A stretch of DNA of 63,535 nt, counting the filler, from Octopus bimaculoides (taxonomy: Eukaryota): assembly GCF_001194135.2 (NCBI RefSeq). It is 6 parts of 6 records of this genome, joined end to end, with 100 filler letters (N's around TTAATTAATTAA, not from the genome) between each part and the next. Parts side by side here need not be neighbours in the genome. Positions count along the whole stretch, not along the records: positions 1 to 24,832 come from NC_068985.1; positions 24,933 to 44,763 come from NC_068989.1; 4 more parts are not named here. One strand, 5' to 3'. Both the position numbers and the translations under genes were made by a program. Every line of letters begins with the position of its first letter. The first letter of the stretch is position 1. Shown here one piece after another: positions 24,034 through 37,230 of this stretch. The notes beneath the pieces were generated by a model, which made no database searches, was not told the origin of the DNA, and saw nothing but the letters and a program-made list of their open reading frames with translations.

Positions 24034-24799
24034 TAATAATATTTGTTTCAACACATTATTTCACATCAGGAATCATACAAAACAAATACATAAACGTAAC
24101 ATTATATGTTGTTCATTGATTTATCTATTTATTTATTTATTTATTTATGTCTACAGACTGTTTCAAATATAGTAACTACACAATATATGTTGCAACCCTG
24201 GGATGTTAATTTACTTTCTATAAGGCAACATTTCACTTTGACGATACTCTGGGTCACATTTAACAAGCCGCATGCATAAGATCAATGCGTTGCAAATTTA
24301 TCAGTATCTCTTCATTTGCCATTTTGAGATCAACGGAAGCTAATCAGCTGTATAAATGTTTCCATAGTGCAGCAGAGCTAGCGAGCTTGCTAGTTTATTA
24401 CTATGTCTCTTGAATATGTTAGAAGCATTAAATTAGCTGCCTAAGAGGAAATGTTTCCAAACTCACCTCGTTTAACGTTTAATTAGTTGCCTTTTCTCGT
24501 TCGACTGGTGATTACGTTATGTTTACTTCTATCACTATACAAAGCAGGCGAGATAGCATTGTTCTCTTAGTAGTCTGAGACATCAGACAAGAAAACTATG
24601 CATAGTCATGGAATAAACTTATTTACCATAGATTTTCTGTGCAATAATACTTTTCAATTCATTTTTATTTCTTTTACATAGAGGATTGTCAGAACTGTGA
24701 AATAACTTCAGATCTCACGGATCATTTATTGTGTATTTGTTCCAGTTTGTATCAGTTAAAACATGTTGACTGGATCCTAACATACACTCAAGCTACATA

Positions 24800-24832
<33 letters not shown>

Positions 24833-24932
24833 NNNNNNNNNNNNNNNNNNNNNNNNNNNNNNNNNNNNNNNNNNNNTTAATTAATTAANNNNNNNNNNNN
24901 NNNNNNNNNNNNNNNNNNNNNNNNNNNNNNNN
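24833..24932. other. Artificial 100-nt scaffold linker (44N-TTAATTAATTAA-44N); 12-mers also at 44808, 51979, 58700, 61679
   Basis: An identical 12-mer, with stops in all six frames, embedded in N runs five times. Confidence 0.95.
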
Positions 24933-25248
24933 ATATATATATATATATATATATACATATATATATTTGCATATCTGTATATTTGCATATCTATATATGT
25001 ATGTGTGCATGTTGGAAGGTATGTGTGCTTTGTTACATTCCTCAAGATGAGAATACTTTGCTCTGTTTCAGAGAGAGAATAACACACACAAGCCATACGA
25101 TCTGCTTGGTAATGTGTTCATTACAATTTCTTACATAAAATATAAGGTAAACAAGGAGTACGTACATGGACCCAGTTATACAATATAGCTTTCCTCTGCT
25201 GATGCATAATACTGAATGCCTGTGTTCGCATCGCTCTGTTTCTCTGTA

Positions 25249-25310
<62 letters not shown>

Positions 25311-25392
25311 GATATATATATATATATATATAACAATAACAANNNNNNNNNNAACAATAACAATAATATAAACAATAAATATATATATAGGC

Positions 25393-25444
<52 letters not shown>

Positions 25445-25482
25445 TATGTACATATACATACATACATGTACATACATATGTG

Positions 25483-25522
<40 letters not shown>

Positions 25523-26056
25523 TATATGGGTAAAGGACGTCACAAAACGTAAGCAACATGAAATACGAAAACAAACTTGGATATGCGAACAACGAGAGAA
25601 ACAAATGGTAATATATATNNNNNNNNNNNNNNNNNNNNNNNNNNNNNNNNNNNNNNNNNNNNNNNNNNNNNNNNNNNNNNNNNNNNNNNNNNNNNNNNNN
25701 NNNNNNNNNNNNNNNNNNNNNNNNNNNNNNNNNNNNNNNNNNNNNNNNNNNNNNNNNNNNNNNNNNNNNNNNNNNNNNNNNNNNNNNNNNNNNNNNNNNN
25801 NNNNNNNNNNNNATATATATAAAACCTATCCTGAGAATTTGTTTTTGTGGAGTGCCTATCAACAGAACCATTTACGACAATTACAACACGAGCCTCTGTG
25901 AGAACTCCACACGCTTGCTGACCTGTTCGATTGAGCTGTGGCTAGAGAACCACAATACTGACAAGCATTGAAGAAGATTCCTTTTATTCGTTTGACTTGA
26001 TAGAAAGAACAAATTCCCCGCTAATCTCATTGTCAAACTCCATGGTAACGCACGCT

Positions 26057-26088
<32 letters not shown>

Positions 26089-26538
26089 TGTATGTATGTA
26101 TGTATGTATGTATGTATGTATGTGTACTTTGCAACAGATGTGTATGCAGGCACAGTTTTTGGTATCAAGAACACATCAAAATTGAATTGTGCATTAAAGC
26201 GTGTGAGAATCAGAGCGTGTCTGTCTGTCTGCCTGTCTGCCTGTTTCTTGTGTATTCGTGTGTCAGTGTAAACTATGTTATTAATTCGAAACCGGAAGTT
26301 TCCTACAGTGTCACGTGTGTTGGATGACGTTAATGCTCATCTCCCTGAAATCCAAAATGTTACAGAAATACAAGTGGAATCGGTTTTATGGAAATATTGC
26401 TGTAATTCTCAAGCATTAAGATAAAAATGAACAAAAATAACTGTCATTAATAACACCCACCCATCACATGTGTCTTTGTCGAACAATACTTCTTTTTCGT
26501 TACTTTTAAATATAAAACATATTGTTTGTTGTCTGTAA

Positions 26539-26591
<53 letters not shown>

Positions 26592-26703
26592 GTGCGCGCG
26601 CGCGTATGTACTTACATTCAAACAAATGAATGTACTCAAACAGCGAGAAATAAACGTATAATGATCGTACCATACATATATATATATATATGTATGTATG
26701 TGT

Positions 26704-26747
<44 letters not shown>

Positions 26748-27023
26748 GCATATGTATACAAATAATAAATGAGTATATGCATATATACGTACATGTATGT
26801 ACATACCTACATCTACATGTATATATAGATGCATATCTGGATACAGGACGTTTCAAAAATAACGTGGACAAAATGATAAACAGAATATATACCTGGTATA
26901 ACGAAACCCAAATACGTATCCCTAGATCGAGCCTTAGCTGTGATCTTGGAACCTAATGGGTGACCAACTATAGCACTTACACAGCGTACCTATTCGTTTA
27001 GATCACCATTAAACTAAACCTTC

Positions 27024-27133
<110 letters not shown>

Positions 27134-27357
27134 TGAGAGGTGGAGCGCGTGTGTATATATATGTGTGTGTGTAAGTGTATAAGTATATGTACATGTTGAC
27201 TATTTGTAATGGAAGCCTTTTGGTATTAATATTGATTCCATCGCTAACAATTAATTTTAATTAGCTTGCTTGCTATTTACGGCATCAGCGTCTGAAAACA
27301 TTCTTAAGTTCTACACATCATAGCAGCGAGATTTGACTGTCATGCGGTAATCGGTGG

Positions 27358-27400
27358 TTCTCGCTGAAGAGGTTTAATAGCCCGAAATCACGTGATGTGG
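27358..27400 (+). ncRNA. Degenerate hammerhead motif
   Basis: CUGAAGA-GGUU UAAU AGCC C-GAAA-UCACGUGAU-G-UGG. AUCACGUGAU is a perfect 10-nt palindrome, but the cleavage-site base is G and stem I is weak. Confidence 0.45.
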
Positions 27401-27663
27401 TAACTCCATGGCCCACAGCTGACAACGTTTCCCCTCCTACGATTTATATCTCCTTTTATGCACCAAGCCCCTATACGAAAGGCTCCTCCAAGGCTAATAA
27501 TGCAGTATTCGTTATTTTAAGAAGGCGTGTTCATATCTTCTGTGATTCGGTGGTCCAAGAAAACAGAGCCATTGAATAAGTATTAGACTTAAAGAATAAG
27601 GATTGTTGTACGTTTGGTCGATTCAACCTGAAAGAAATAAAAGATGAAATATATGTACGTACA

Positions 27664-27700
<37 letters not shown>

Positions 27701-28052
27701 AATAGATAGATAATTAGCTAGATTGGCAGACAGATAGACAGACAGACAGACAGACGTACAGACAGATGGACAGGTAGGCAGGTATGTAGGTAGGTAAGTA
27801 GGTAGGTAGATTTGTAAGAAAGAAAAAAGAAAGGAGAGAAGATAGAAAGAAAGAAAGAAACAAACAAACAAACAAAGGAAGGAAGAAAGAAAGGCAGGAA
27901 GGCAAGGCAAGTGTATCAACCAGACAGGTAAAAAAAGACACAGAGACAACAGGAATGTCGTGACGTTGATTATGCATATCGAAGACATGGCTGAGAGAAA
28001 ATAACTGAAGAGGCGTCTTCTCAAATAACTGACATTTTTTTTCACATCACTA

Positions 28053-28138
<86 letters not shown>

Positions 28139-28156
28139 GTGTGTGTGTATATATAT

Positions 28157-28326
28157 ATTCTTTTATTCTTTTATTTGTTTCAGTCATTTCACTGCGGCCA
28201 TGCTGGAGTACAGCCTTTAGTCGAACAAATCGCTCCCAGGACTTATTCTTTGTAAGCCTAATACTTATTCTATCGGGGTCTTTTGCCGAACCGATAAGTT
28301 ACGGGGACGTGAACACACTACCATCG
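28157..28326 (-). mobile_element. SINE family B, 3' part (left arm of a foldback)
   Basis: tttgtttcagtcatttcactgcggccatgctggag...ccgaaccgataagttacggggacgtgaacacac. Confidence 0.9.
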
Positions 28327-28590
28327 TTTTGGTAGACGGAAACTGAAAAGAAGCCCGTCGTCTATATATATATGTGTGTGTGTGTCTGTCTGTCTGTGTT
28401 TGTCCCCCCACCATCTCATGACAACCAACGTTGGTGTGTTTATGTTCCTGTAATCTAGCAATTCGGCAAAAGACCCCGATAGAATAAGTACTAGGCTTAC
28501 AAAGAATAAGTCCTGGGGTCGATTTTCTCGGCTAAAGGCGGCGCTCCAGCATGGCCGCAGTCAAATGACTAAAACAAATAAACGAAAAAA
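28327..28590 (+). mobile_element. SINE family B, 5'-truncated (right arm of a foldback)
   Basis: ttggtagacggaaactgaaaagaagcccgtcg...ctccagcatggccgcagtcaaatgactaaaacaaataaa. Confidence 0.9.
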
Positions 28591-29037
28591 TTGAAATATA
28601 TATATAAGTGTGGTAAGTCGCTTGCTTCACAACCCCATAATGTTGGTTTCATTCCCATTGAATGGCACCTTGGGCATGTTTTTTTTACTCTTGTCTCTAT
28701 GTCGACAAAAGCCTGCTGTCACCTGCGCGTCTTTCATTCTATTATTGTCGCTGAGCACCCTGAGAACAAACGTTGCCCATATTCTGGTCTTCTGGAATAA
28801 TTCTGTGGACAGATGCTACACCAACTCTAAACTCCATGCATATTGCCTCCCCCCTCTCTCTCTCTCTCTCCATACACACACACGCACATGTATATAGAGT
28901 GAGATGGTGAGAGAGAGAGGGATAGTTAGGTAGGTAGGTGCCCCAAGTTTTCTTTTGAGGATATCATATATTGTGAAATATTTTAATTTCTAACATCTTA
29001 GACGTCTTAAAGCGAAGTAGCCCTTCTGTAGTTCGAG

Positions 29038-29420
29038 AACCACCACCACCACCACCACCACCACCACCACAAGCAACAACAGCAACAACAATATGAACAA
29101 CAGTCCCGACATCATCATCTGCATTAGCTCTTGAAACTCCTCTAACAATATCGATTACATCACCGTAAAGAACATCACCGACTGATGATGTTGCATTACA
29201 ACTACAACCAAAACCTCACCGCCGCCGCTGCTACCACTACAACAATAGTACTTTCAGCATGCTGAAGTAGTACTACCACCACCATCACCACTATGGCTTT
29301 GCATCAACATCACCTACCACAAGTATCACTTCTGCCTTCATCATCATCATCGTCGTCACCACAAGCCACCCACACCGCCAACAACATCAAGAACAACAAG
29401 AACAACAACACCAGCACCAT
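29038..29420 (+). repeat. Cryptic mixed trinucleotide region (CAC/CAA/CAT/GCC)
   Basis: Direct reading; stops occur in all three plus frames. Confidence 0.8.
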
Positions 29421-29596
29421 TCAGATTTAGCTTTTCTTTATTTATAAAAACAGTAAAGAGACACTTTGGCTTTCCTGTCTCTTATCTTCAAATCTCATGC
29501 AAGAGAGAGCTTTAAAGAAGGGAGGATTTTTTTTTTCTCAGGAGGAAGGATTAAACAAATACAAGAAACGCTGTGCTGCTTTGATGGAATACCCAG

Positions 29597-29876
29597 ACAT
29601 CACATAGCTGTGTGGTTAAGAACTTCGCTTTGCAACCATGTGCTTTCGAGTTCGGCCCCACTGCGAGGCGCCTCAGACAAGTATTTTCTACCACAGTCCT
29701 GAGTCTGACTGACTTGAGAATGGATTTGGTAAATGTAAACTGTGTGGAATTCTGTCGTATTTTTACATATGTATGCATGTGTGCGTGTGTCTGTGTTTGT
29801 GTTTTTCCCATCACAGTTCTTGAGAACCGGTGTTGTTTTGTTTACATCGCAGAAAATTAGCGGAACTTATAGAATA
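29597..29876 (+). mobile_element. SINE family B, diverged
   Basis: gctgtgtggttaagaacttcgctttgcaaccatg...gagttcggccccactgcg...gaatggatttggtaaatg. Confidence 0.7.
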
Positions 29877-29880
29877 ATTG

Positions 29881-30125
29881 TTTACATTATTTACATTTGA
29901 CGGATATTTGTCCTCATCTTGTTTGTTGTTAACACAACGTTTCGGCTGATATACTCTCCAGCCTTCATCAGGTGTCTTGGGGAAATTTCGAACCTGGGTT
30001 CTCATTCGTAAGGTATTTCCCCGAAACGTTGTGTTAACAACAAACAAGATGAGGACATATATCCGTCAAATGTAAGTAATGTAAATAATGTACATAATTC
30101 CTCATCTCTTAAATATAGAACCTAA
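29881..30125. mobile_element. PLE-type insertion with an inverted partial pLTR
   Basis: 29881-29945 is the reverse complement of 30021-30085 with 2 mismatches in 65 bp; the hammerhead lies in the left unit. Confidence 0.75.
29931..29976 (-). ncRNA. Minimal type I hammerhead ribozyme motif
   Basis: GACAC-CUGAUGA-A-GGCUG GAGAGUAUAU CAGCC-GAAA-CGUU-GUGUU: 5-bp stem I, 5-bp stem II, palindromic ACGU stem III, GUU cleavage triplet, and one extra A after the core. Confidence 0.8.
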
Positions 30126-30761
30126 AGAATAAGTACCAGTCTTTCAAAACTAAGANNNNNNNNNNNNNNNNNNNNNNNNNNNNNNNNNNNNNNNNNNNNN
30201 NNNNNNNNNNNNNNNNNNNNNNNNNNNNNNNNNNNNNNNNNNNNNNNNNNNNNNNNNNNNNNNNNNNNNNNNNNNNNNNNNNNNNNNNNNNNNNNNNNNN
30301 NNNNNNNNNNNNNNNNNNNNNNNNNNNNNNNNNNNNNNNNNNNNNNNNNNNNNNNNNNNNNNNNNNNNNNNNNNNNNNNNNNNNNNNNNNNNNNNNNNNN
30401 NNNNNNNNNNNNNNNNNNNNNNNNNNNNNNNNNNNNNNNNNNNNNNNNNNNNNNNNNNNNNNNNNNNNNNNNNNNNNNNNNNNNNNNNNNNNNNNNNNNN
30501 NNNNNNNNNNNNNNNNNNNNNNNNNNNNNNNNNNNNNNNNNNNNNNNNNNNNNNNNNNNNNNNNNNNNNNNNNNNNNNNNNNNNNNNNNNNNNNNNNNNN
30601 NNNNNNNNNNNNNNNNNNNNNNNNNNNNNNNNNNNNNNNNNNNNNNNNNNNNNNNNNNNNNNNNNNNNNNNNNNNNNNNNNNNNNNNNNNNNNNNNNNNN
30701 NNNNNNNNNNNNNNNNNNNNNNNNNNNNNNNNNNNNNNNNNNNNNNNNNNNNNNNNNNNNN

Positions 30762-30800
<39 letters not shown>

Positions 30801-31259
30801 CGAAGGGAAATAGGGAGTAAATAAAGTGCCAGTAAACCTTCAAGCACTCCATGTGAATAGAACCTGGCTAGCAAAATTCTCCAGTGAATATTACGGTAAT
30901 TCGTTATACGTTGTTGCATAGTTGTTGCGACAGATGCAAATGGTGCGATCTGAACTTAATTACTAAACAGCTTCGTTGCATTATTCACAGAGTATATTTG
31001 TGTATGTGTAGGTGGGTGCTAACGAGTATGAGGTTAATGTACGTGAAATATGACGGCATTCGCTACCGATATGGTAGGGTATAATGGAATGTAATCAGTT
31101 GTTGTATGCAACAGGCAACTGATCGTTTCTTGCAGTGGTGTCATAATTACATAAAAATGCTCATCAGTCGCCCGAAAATACCTTTGCTACGCAATATTCA
31201 TACGGAAACACACGCATATATATAAGTATATGATAGGCCGCGATATGTATGTAGGAAGG

Positions 31260-31299
<40 letters not shown>

Positions 31300-31312
31300 A
31301 ACACGCACACAC

Positions 31313-31362
<50 letters not shown>

Positions 31363-31476
31363 TGACAAACAGACAAACAGTTATTGTTTTAAACTATATA
31401 TAAGGGTGCGTGCACAAATGATACCTATTTGGTGTATATATATATACACACACAATTTCATATGCGCGCGCACGCA

Positions 31477-31531
<55 letters not shown>

Positions 31532-32146
31532 TTATATGTATATATAAAGGAGACCACTAGGTGGACAGTTAATGTGCTAGAAGAAGATCACATGTAATGC
31601 GTCTACTAAGACCGAATTGTTCTCAAAATTAATTAACCATAACCACGTTCTCAAAGTTTTATATATATATATATATATAGATAGATAGATAGATAGATAG
31701 ATAGATGTGCTTATGTATATATACATGTAAACACACACACACACACACACACACGTTCATATGCATGCGAACACCCACACACGGGAAATAACTAATTCCT
31801 CGTATTTTTCATAAATACATGTATCTATTCCTACCAACACACAACACACTATAATGGAAATAATTATGTGTGTATGTGTGTGTATACGCGCTCGCATGTG
31901 CGTATGGTTTTGTATGTGTGTCTTGTGTGTAGATGTTTGTAGCTTATGTTTTCGCGACTCCACCATCAATCTGTTATGTATATTTACCTATTTTTTAAAA
32001 AAGGAAATAGTCAAGCTGGAACTATAACAAGTACATCAATTATGACGGTACCACGCCCTCCAGATCTGTCCACCACATCAGTATCTCACGAGGCAGCTGC
32101 AACAATAGCAACTACAAGAGTTTTACAACAACAACTGCTGCTGCTG

Positions 32147-32203
<57 letters not shown>

Positions 32204-32559
32204 TTACTACTATGTGCAATGGAATCCATATTCCACTAGAATACAAAAACACATCAGTACCAACGGCAAAGGATAAGAGGACGAAGGGGAAGGAAGGAAG
32301 GAAGGAAGAAGAAGAAGAAGAAGAAGAAGAAGAAGAAGAAGAAGAAGAAGAAGAAGAAGAAGGTGGTGATGGTGGTGGTGGTAAGGATGATGATTACGAT
32401 GATGATGATAATGGTGTTGATGATGATGTTTACGATGAAAATATCGTTATAATTTTGCGCATGCGCATTATGTTTGTTTGGTTTTGTTGGTCACATAGTA
32501 TAGTAGGGTCAGGTGGGCACCGTCTCTAAGGAAAACAGCACCACGAAGCAATTACTCAG

Positions 32560-33712
32560 CCAGTAAATTGGACACGACATACTGTACTGCTTGGCATTCC
32601 CGCCAGAAACTCCAATATGAACATTTGAGAGTGTCTGGATGTCAATCTGAGGACAGTGCAAAAAATTCGGACAGAGTTGGATGAGTCTAATGGTGATTAC
32701 AAAGTTACGGCAGCTCAGAAATCTCACTCTGATCGTTCTGATAAGAAAAGTGCTCCTGAATTTGTTGGTGAGATTCAGGCCATGATTGACCAGGTCCATC
32801 ACCAGGGACTTGGGAGTGTGTGATTTTCTTATCAGGCAGGTAGTGCAATAAGACATTCGATATTGTTCATAAGACATTCGGTATTGCCCTCATGCAGAAA
32901 ACGCCAGTTTTTATCCCAAGCCATCAAGGACAAGAGGAAAGACCACGTAACGAAGCTTTTTAACAAACACAAGTATTCTCTCCAACAGAATATGTTGTGG
33001 TTTTTCTCAGACGAGAAACAATTCTGCCAGGATCAGATGCTGAACACATGACAACCATTGTCTTGCTGTGTCCCCTAAACATGTACCAAGAGTGATCAAA
33101 ATCAAACATCCAGTCAACATCATGGTGTTTGGAGTGAAAACTAGTGATGGCGACGCTATGCCTCCATTCGTCTTCCCACACGACCTCACACTCAACACGG
33201 AGGATTATATCAAGTGCCTGGAGGAGGTAGTGCTGCCCTGAGTCAAGAGGGTGGCTGCTGGGAGATCCTATGTCTGGCAACAGAACTCTGCACCATACCA
33301 CACAAGCAATAAAATCCAGTCGTGGTTGTCAGACAATTTCTGCGATCACATCACCCCTAACATCTGGCCACCTAACTCCCCAAACTGCAACCCCATTCAC
33401 TATTATGTGTGGGGCGCAGTTGAGTGAGAGACCAACAAAACTCCTTGTAGCACCAAAAATGAACTGAAGGCAAGGATTATGGCAGCATTTACCAACTTAA
33501 ACAAGGAGAACGTCTAGAAGAGTTGCAGGAGATTCCGATATTATCTGGAGGTCGTGGTTGAAGCCAATGGCGATTTTATTGGATAAATTTGCTGTTTAAT
33601 ATTTCAAGATATTTTCAAGTAATTTTGATAAAAAAATATATCTGTTAAAATGAGATGTTAGTGTTATTTTCATTTTTGCGTAATTTAGATGACAGTTCAT
33701 TCAACGCACACT

Positions 33713-33713
<1 letters not shown>
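32560..33713 (+). mobile_element. maT-family (DD37D) Tc1/mariner transposon, decayed near-full-length copy
   Basis: WFFSDEK (D at 33010), KHPVNIMVFG, and WQQNSAPYHTS...WPPNSPNCNPIHYYVWG with 37 residues between catalytic positions 2 and 3 (mutated D>N and D>H). Several stops and frameshifts; stop at 33584-33586; probable right end ...CACTG-TA at 33713. Confidence 0.9.
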
Positions 33714-33746
<33 letters not shown>

Positions 33747-34984
33747 ATACACTCACACCTCTCACCCCCACGCATGTATATATATGTATGCGTGTGTGTA
33801 TGTCTGTATGTATATATGCAGTACACATACACACACTCACATACATAATACATACATACATGTATATATGTGTGTAGGGTGGTAGGTAGGTAGGTAGGAA
33901 TTAGCTTATGGAACGCACTGCCAAGATAAGGGCGTCCGTATCAATATATGCACCATATATTCACGTACATATATCTACGTGAGTGTGCGCGCGCACACGC
34001 GCACGCACGCACACACACGATACAGATCTTCATATTTATTATTATTTTTTTTTTTTCTGTTCTTTGGCAAGGTTTTGCGCACACCGCTCCCTCCGCCAGT
34101 TTAAAATGCCAACACATCAAAGACGCTGAAAGTAGCAAAAGAAAACGAAAAAAATGACAGAAAATGGGGAAATTGAGAAATTAACTACAGCAAAAATCAT
34201 AAATATATACATAAATAATAACATATAAAATAAAACAAACCCCACAATTACACAAAAATATCACAAACTGCATTATCAAGTTGAGAGACCATCCATTCCA
34301 TATTTTTTGTTTTTGTTCTTTTCGTTGCTTATTTTGCAAAGAGCATCGGTTGATATGAAATTAATTTTAGCAGGAAGTAGTTATAGTGTTTGTAAGGGCA
34401 ACGAGCGTAAAAAAATTGGTAAGCTGTCTAAATAAGAATATGTTTTCTTACTTGAGATTACTGACATCTTGTTTGGTAAAACGAGTCTATAAGTAATGCG
34501 ATGTTGCGTAGGAGATAGTGAAGGGCACTTGTTTGGTTAAGTGCTTGGTGGGATTGGCAGATGGCTGGCTGGCTGGCTGGCTGGATGGATGGATGGATGG
34601 ATGGATTGCAGAGAAGCTGGCTAGCTGCCTGTCCGTCTGCCTGCCTGGTTGACTGTATAAACTTTGTAATAATGCATCTTAAGCTTAATAACGTGGAAAC
34701 GTTTCGGCCAGTATAAGCCCAGGCCATGTCTAACTTAATAGCACCACCTGGTGAAGTCATTTAGTCATATATGGGGCACCATGGCCCACTGAGTTATTAT
34801 TGTTGGAGAAATATCCGAGTGTCAGAGGTTGGTCCAGGATTTTTTGAAGAAATTTGTCCAGAGAACTTTTGAATTTTATGGGATCCGTTTCCGTTAAGGA
34901 TAAGACAAACAAAACAGAAACTATTTCTATATTGTTTCTACCATCGACAAAAGACCTGAAATTTGAGGGGAGGGCCACTCTGGA

Positions 34985-35335
34985 ACTTATTTTATTGACC
35001 CCATGAAGGGACGAAAAGCAAAGTCAACCTCGGCAGAATTTGAACTAAGAACGTAAAACCAGAAGCAATGCCGTTAAGCATTTTGCTCGACACGCTAACG
35101 GTTCTGCCAGCTAGTCACGATATGAACTCGGATGTTAGTTTTAATGATTCAAATCTTTAATGTAATGGTTTCAGGTTTTGGTAGAAGGTCAGAAGTTTCT
35201 TGGGAGACGAAGTTAGACGATTACTTCAACTCCAGTGCTCAGTCGGTATTCATTTCATCGATCCGGAAAGAATAAAGGACAAAGTCGATCTCGGCAGGAT
35301 TTAGGTTCGGAATATAACGAGCCAGAAGAAATGTT
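34985..35335 (-). mobile_element. Two diverged SINE family A fragments (34985-35118, 35170-35335)
   Basis: aaagtcaacctcggcagaatttgaactaagaacg...gctaacggttctgccagct and aaagtcgatctcggcaggattt. Confidence 0.75.
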
Positions 35336-35454
35336 ATGGTTTAAACCATGTTAACTATGAAAGTGAATGGCAGACATAAGGAGACAAGTTTGAGTCTTAA
35401 AGGAGGTGAAGACATAATTGAATCAAGCTTCAGAGAACTGATTTCAACAAACTC

Positions 35455-35860
35455 AGCTGGGATTAAGAAGCTGGTTTTGCCATCACGTGATTTCGGGTTC
35501 AGTGCCACCAACCGATATCTTGGCAACTGACTTCGACTATAACCTATACTGACCAATGTATTGTGAGTGAATCTGGTTCACGGAAATTCTGTGAAGGCCC
35601 GTCATGTGTACGTACGTGTGTGTGTGTATGCGTGCGTGCATGCGTCGCGTTTCTGTATTTGTCGCCCCATCACTTGACAATGGGTCTCGGTTTCTTTTTG
35701 CTAGCGGAGCTTAGCGGTTTGGCAAAAAAGCCCGACAGAATAACTACCAGATTTTAAAATAAGTACCGGGGTCGATTTGTTCGACTAAATCCATTCGAGG
35801 CACTGCTCCACCATTGCAATGACTGAAACAAATAATAGATAAAAGTAAAAAAGTAAAGAG
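35455..35860 (+). mobile_element. SINE family B, full length but diverged
   Basis: Head, internal (TG)n, cttagcggtttggcaaaa, ggggtcgatttgttcgact and the gactgaaacaaat tail are all present in order. Confidence 0.75.
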
Positions 35861-36462
35861 AGAATTGGACGGAATCAAAGACCGGAATCGTTAACAGAAT
35901 ACAACATGCAAGAGTTTTATTTATTTAGCAACAATAATTGGGAAAATTTCATGAGGATTTATCAATTTTTATGTAAATAAGTAATAAAAGCAGTCGTAAA
36001 TGTGCATCATAGCCTTAGTTTTGTGTTAGTTTATAGGAGCGAAAAATAAGATGTAAAAGGTTTTAAACGTTTTGGACTGTAGCAATTATATAGGTACCGA
36101 CACATATATACAGTATATAGATTCATACATAGAAATGCATATACAGATATATGCTTAAATTTAAATTTACACGTGCATGAATGCATGTTCATATAAGCAT
36201 GTAAGTGTGTAAGGTGATGCAATCAATCTGGAATGTCAAACGTTGTTCGTTCTCCATAGCCTAATTTTTTGATACCATAGCCAATTGCTTAATTGAGGCA
36301 ATTATTAATAGCTTTCCAATTAAAATGTATCTCTTTATGAACGTCTATTTGATCTCCTCTCATCACCATCCCATCTTTATATATGCGTAGATATGAAGCA
36401 TCTGACAGAAAGCACTCTTAATTATCACCGCGTTTACATCGTGCACACTGCTGGCAAATTTA

Positions 36463-36810
36463 CGAGTCTGTTCAAAAAGAAACCCGTCTTTTTGACAAAT
36501 TTAACAAATATATTATTGAAATTAATGCATAATCAGATTTGTCACCTTCAAAATAATACTCTCCACTTTTGATCCACTCTTGATAAGCTATCTTCAACTG
36601 TTTTGAAGTTTGGGGTTGAGTCCAGGAACGGGTTTTCAGGGACATTACAGCTTTTGAAAATAAATTTCTTCGAGCACTTCTGTCGTCTTCCTTCCACCCT
36701 GAAAGACAGTGATTAGTCAATAAATTTCACAGGTTTTACCCCTTCGCAGGAACCAAATCTGGTGAGTAGGGCAGCTGGATCATGGTTCTCCTCTCGCATT
36801 TTGCGAAAAC
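36463..36810 (-). mobile_element. Mariner 3' remnant with TIR
   Basis: Minus strand gives IQLPYSPDLVP and SGEYYFEGDK; the terminus reads TA-CGAGTCTGTTCAAAAAG on the plus strand. Confidence 0.8.
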
Positions 36811-37230
36811 TCACGGATGAGGAGTTGACGCTAGGGTAGCTGCATTATTGCAGAGTTACTTGAATGTTTTGTTTGTGGCAAAGAAAACTTATCCTCACCA
36901 CTACCAACAAACAAAGGCCTCTTGTACATGCAGTTAAAACACTTTATTAATCGACTCATCATCTGGATCAAACTGAGAGCAAACGACAAATTTGCAATCA
37001 CAAGAGACGACCATCATCAGCTTCGTATTTGGGCGATTCCGATGAGCTTATTTATCTACCTTTTTATATACTTTTTAACTTATTCATTGGTGCAGCGTCG
37101 ATGATGCAACACAATACAGTTGGTATATTTTTGTCTCAATATCATAGCCGTAGATCCCTACTCCGCGTCTTGCTAAAAGGCTTTTCAAAAACTTTTACCA
37201 GCATTACTCCAGACTGACAGTGACTTAATT

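Noticed and set aside
24877-24888. TTAATTAATTAA repeated five times at wide spacing, superficially like a regulatory or array motif
   Set aside because: It is always centred in 44N+44N, so it is an artificial six-frame-stop scaffold linker.
26274-26423. 49-codon ORF MLLIRNRKFPTVSRVLDDVNAHLPEIQ
   Set aside because: Only a vague resemblance to a Tc1-like HTH; too short to support a call.
31114-31172. Minus-strand GGCGA-CUGAUGA...GAAACGAUCAG-UUGCC hammerhead-like motif
   Set aside because: Stem I pairs, but stem II is not adjacent to GAAA and there is no NUH; too degenerate to call without a consensus.
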